From Candidatus Limnocylindrales bacterium (GTDB lineage: Bacteria > Chloroflexota > Limnocylindria > Limnocylindrales > CSP1-4): 64,000 nucleotides of DNA. Positions 63,307 through 64,000 of the stretch are shown here, one piece after another (position 1 is the first letter of the stretch; each line of letters begins with the position of its first letter). The notes beneath the pieces are model-generated. The model was not told the origin of the DNA, searched no databases, and saw only the letters and a list, made by a program, of their open reading frames with translations. Location of the stretch: positions 11,270 to 75,269 of the forward strand of contig DASSHB010000133.1 in the NCBI GenBank assembly GCA_035693125.1, written 5' to 3'. A program made the position numbers and the translations under genes.

Positions 63307-63561
63307 TCAGCCGCGGACGAGGGTGAGCAGGCCGATCCCGAGGGTCAGCACGGCACCGGACAGGCCCATCGCGGCGAGGATCAGCTCCCCGGCCGAGAAC
63401 GCCGCCGCGGCGACGACCAGCAGGAGGAGGCCGAGCACGGCCGCGATCCCGGCCATCCCGATCCGCTCGAGCCACGGCCGGGGCTGGGCGGCCTCGGGTG
63501 GCGGCGCGCTCGGCGCGGGCACGTCGCCCCGGCCCGGCCCTGGTTCCTGCGGGAGGCTCAT
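63307..63561 (-). CDS. small membrane protein (2 TM, hypothetical)
   Basis: The ATG at 63561 overlaps the PBP stop (ATGA). Hydrophobic segments 'IAAVLGLLLLVVAAAAF' and 'LSGAVLTLGIGLLTLV'. Confidence 0.45.
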   Translation of the reverse strand: MSLPQEPGPGRGDVPAPSAPPPEAAQPRPWLERIGMAGIAAVLGLLLLVVAAAAFSAGELILAAMGLSGAVLTLGIGLLTLVRG

Positions 63562-64000
63562 CGTCCGAAGGTCCGGAAGTACCGGGCGAGCAGGTCGCCG
63601 GCGAGCGGCGCGGCGCGCGCGCCACCCCGGCCGCCCCGCTCCACGATCACCGCGATCGCGACGCGCGGGTGATCGGCGGGCGCGAAGCCGATGAACCACG
63701 AGTGCGGGGCGCCGCTCCCGCCGAGCTCGGCGGTTCCGGACTTGCCGGCGACCGCGATTCCCGGGACGTCCGCCCCGGACGTGAACTGCCGTCCGATGGC
63801 GCTCTCGACCGCTCGCTGCATCGCCGCGGTCAGGGCCGCGGCGTCGTCCGAGCTGATCACGACGCCGAGCGGCTCCGGGGCGATCGCTCGCGACCCGTCG
63901 CGCCCGCTCGTCATGGTGACCAGGTGCGGCGTCATCAGGGTCCCGCCGTTCGCCACGGTCGCGGCGACGAGCGCCATCTGGAGCGGCGTGACCAGGGTCT
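63558..64000 (-). CDS. penicillin-binding protein, transpeptidase domain C-terminus (5' end outside window)
   Basis: 'TPLQMALVAATVANGG', 'AGKSGTAE' (KSG motif) and 'HSWFIGFAP'. The reading frame stays open to the window edge. Confidence 0.8.
   Translation of the reverse strand, partial: TLVTPLQMALVAATVANGGTLMTPHLVTMTSGRDGSRAIAPEPLGVVISSDDAAALTAAMQRAVESAIGRQFTSGADVPGIAVAGKSGTAELGGSGAPHSWFIGFAPADHPRVAIAVIVERGGRGGARAAPLAGDLLARYFRTFGR

Noticed and set aside
1-64000. Search for CRISPR arrays, rRNA, IS elements, integrases, prophage genes, toxin-antitoxin pairs, reverse transcriptases or known defence-system genes
   Set aside because: None was recognised by eye on either strand. The only repeats seen are the 9-bp x4 and 11-bp x2 tandem repeats and short hairpins. 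The window reads as core chromosome, although a database or HMM scan could still reveal something I cannot recognise unaided.

Overview
This is a very GC-rich bacterial chromosomal window (about 70% GC or more, judged by eye and not computed). Genes are tightly packed and lie mostly on the minus strand. I support about 58 protein-coding genes, one tRNA (anticodon CAT), several hairpin terminators, two short tandem repeats and a few candidate regulatory sites.

I found no rRNA, CRISPR array, transposase, integrase or prophage-like genes, so the window looks like core chromosome rather than an island. The taxon cannot be assigned from sequence alone. Gene content and strong GGAGG Shine-Dalgarno sites suit a high-GC Terrabacteria lineage such as Actinomycetota or Chloroflexota-like, but that is a guess.

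The high GC makes the six-frame track full of long Arg/Pro/Gly-rich shadow ORFs and false N-terminal extensions. I chose real starts from domain boundaries, SD spacing and a recurring pattern of 1-nt or 4-nt stop/start overlaps (ATGA, GTGA, TTGA, TGATG).

Gene content:
- Housekeeping: ftsH, ppa, murI, murJ, serA, tyrA, ychF, rarA, thiolase, mmsA and a PBP.
- DNA-repair modules: comM, an mrfA/mrfB-like pair, and a UvrD-type helicase fused to an Fe-S nuclease.
- Envelope and unknown-function modules: two separate NfeD/SPFH membrane-microdomain pairs, a MoxR-DUF58-transglutaminase operon, and a three-subunit molybdenum hydroxylase.

Most worth a second look:
1. Two paralogous receiver-ParA/MinD (CpaE/TadZ-like) fusion ATPases with no Tad pilus genes nearby. 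One ends an SPFH/NfeD operon and the other sits directly upstream of murI.
2. A flotillin with a roughly 230-aa C-terminal extension that includes a Gly12 tract encoded by a 9-bp x4 repeat.
3. A stand-alone DnaB-C-terminal-domain ATPase next to a cluster of DnaA-box-like TCCACGAA repeats.
4. A near-consensus SOS (Cheo) box in front of the mrfAB-like operon.
5. A DUF4446 gene whose transmembrane N-terminus can only be translated from a non-canonical ATC or CTG start.
6. An aminotransferase-serA-histidine phosphatase cluster that may form a complete serine pathway with a non-HAD phosphoserine phosphatase.

All functional calls come from motif recognition by eye. None has been checked against a database.
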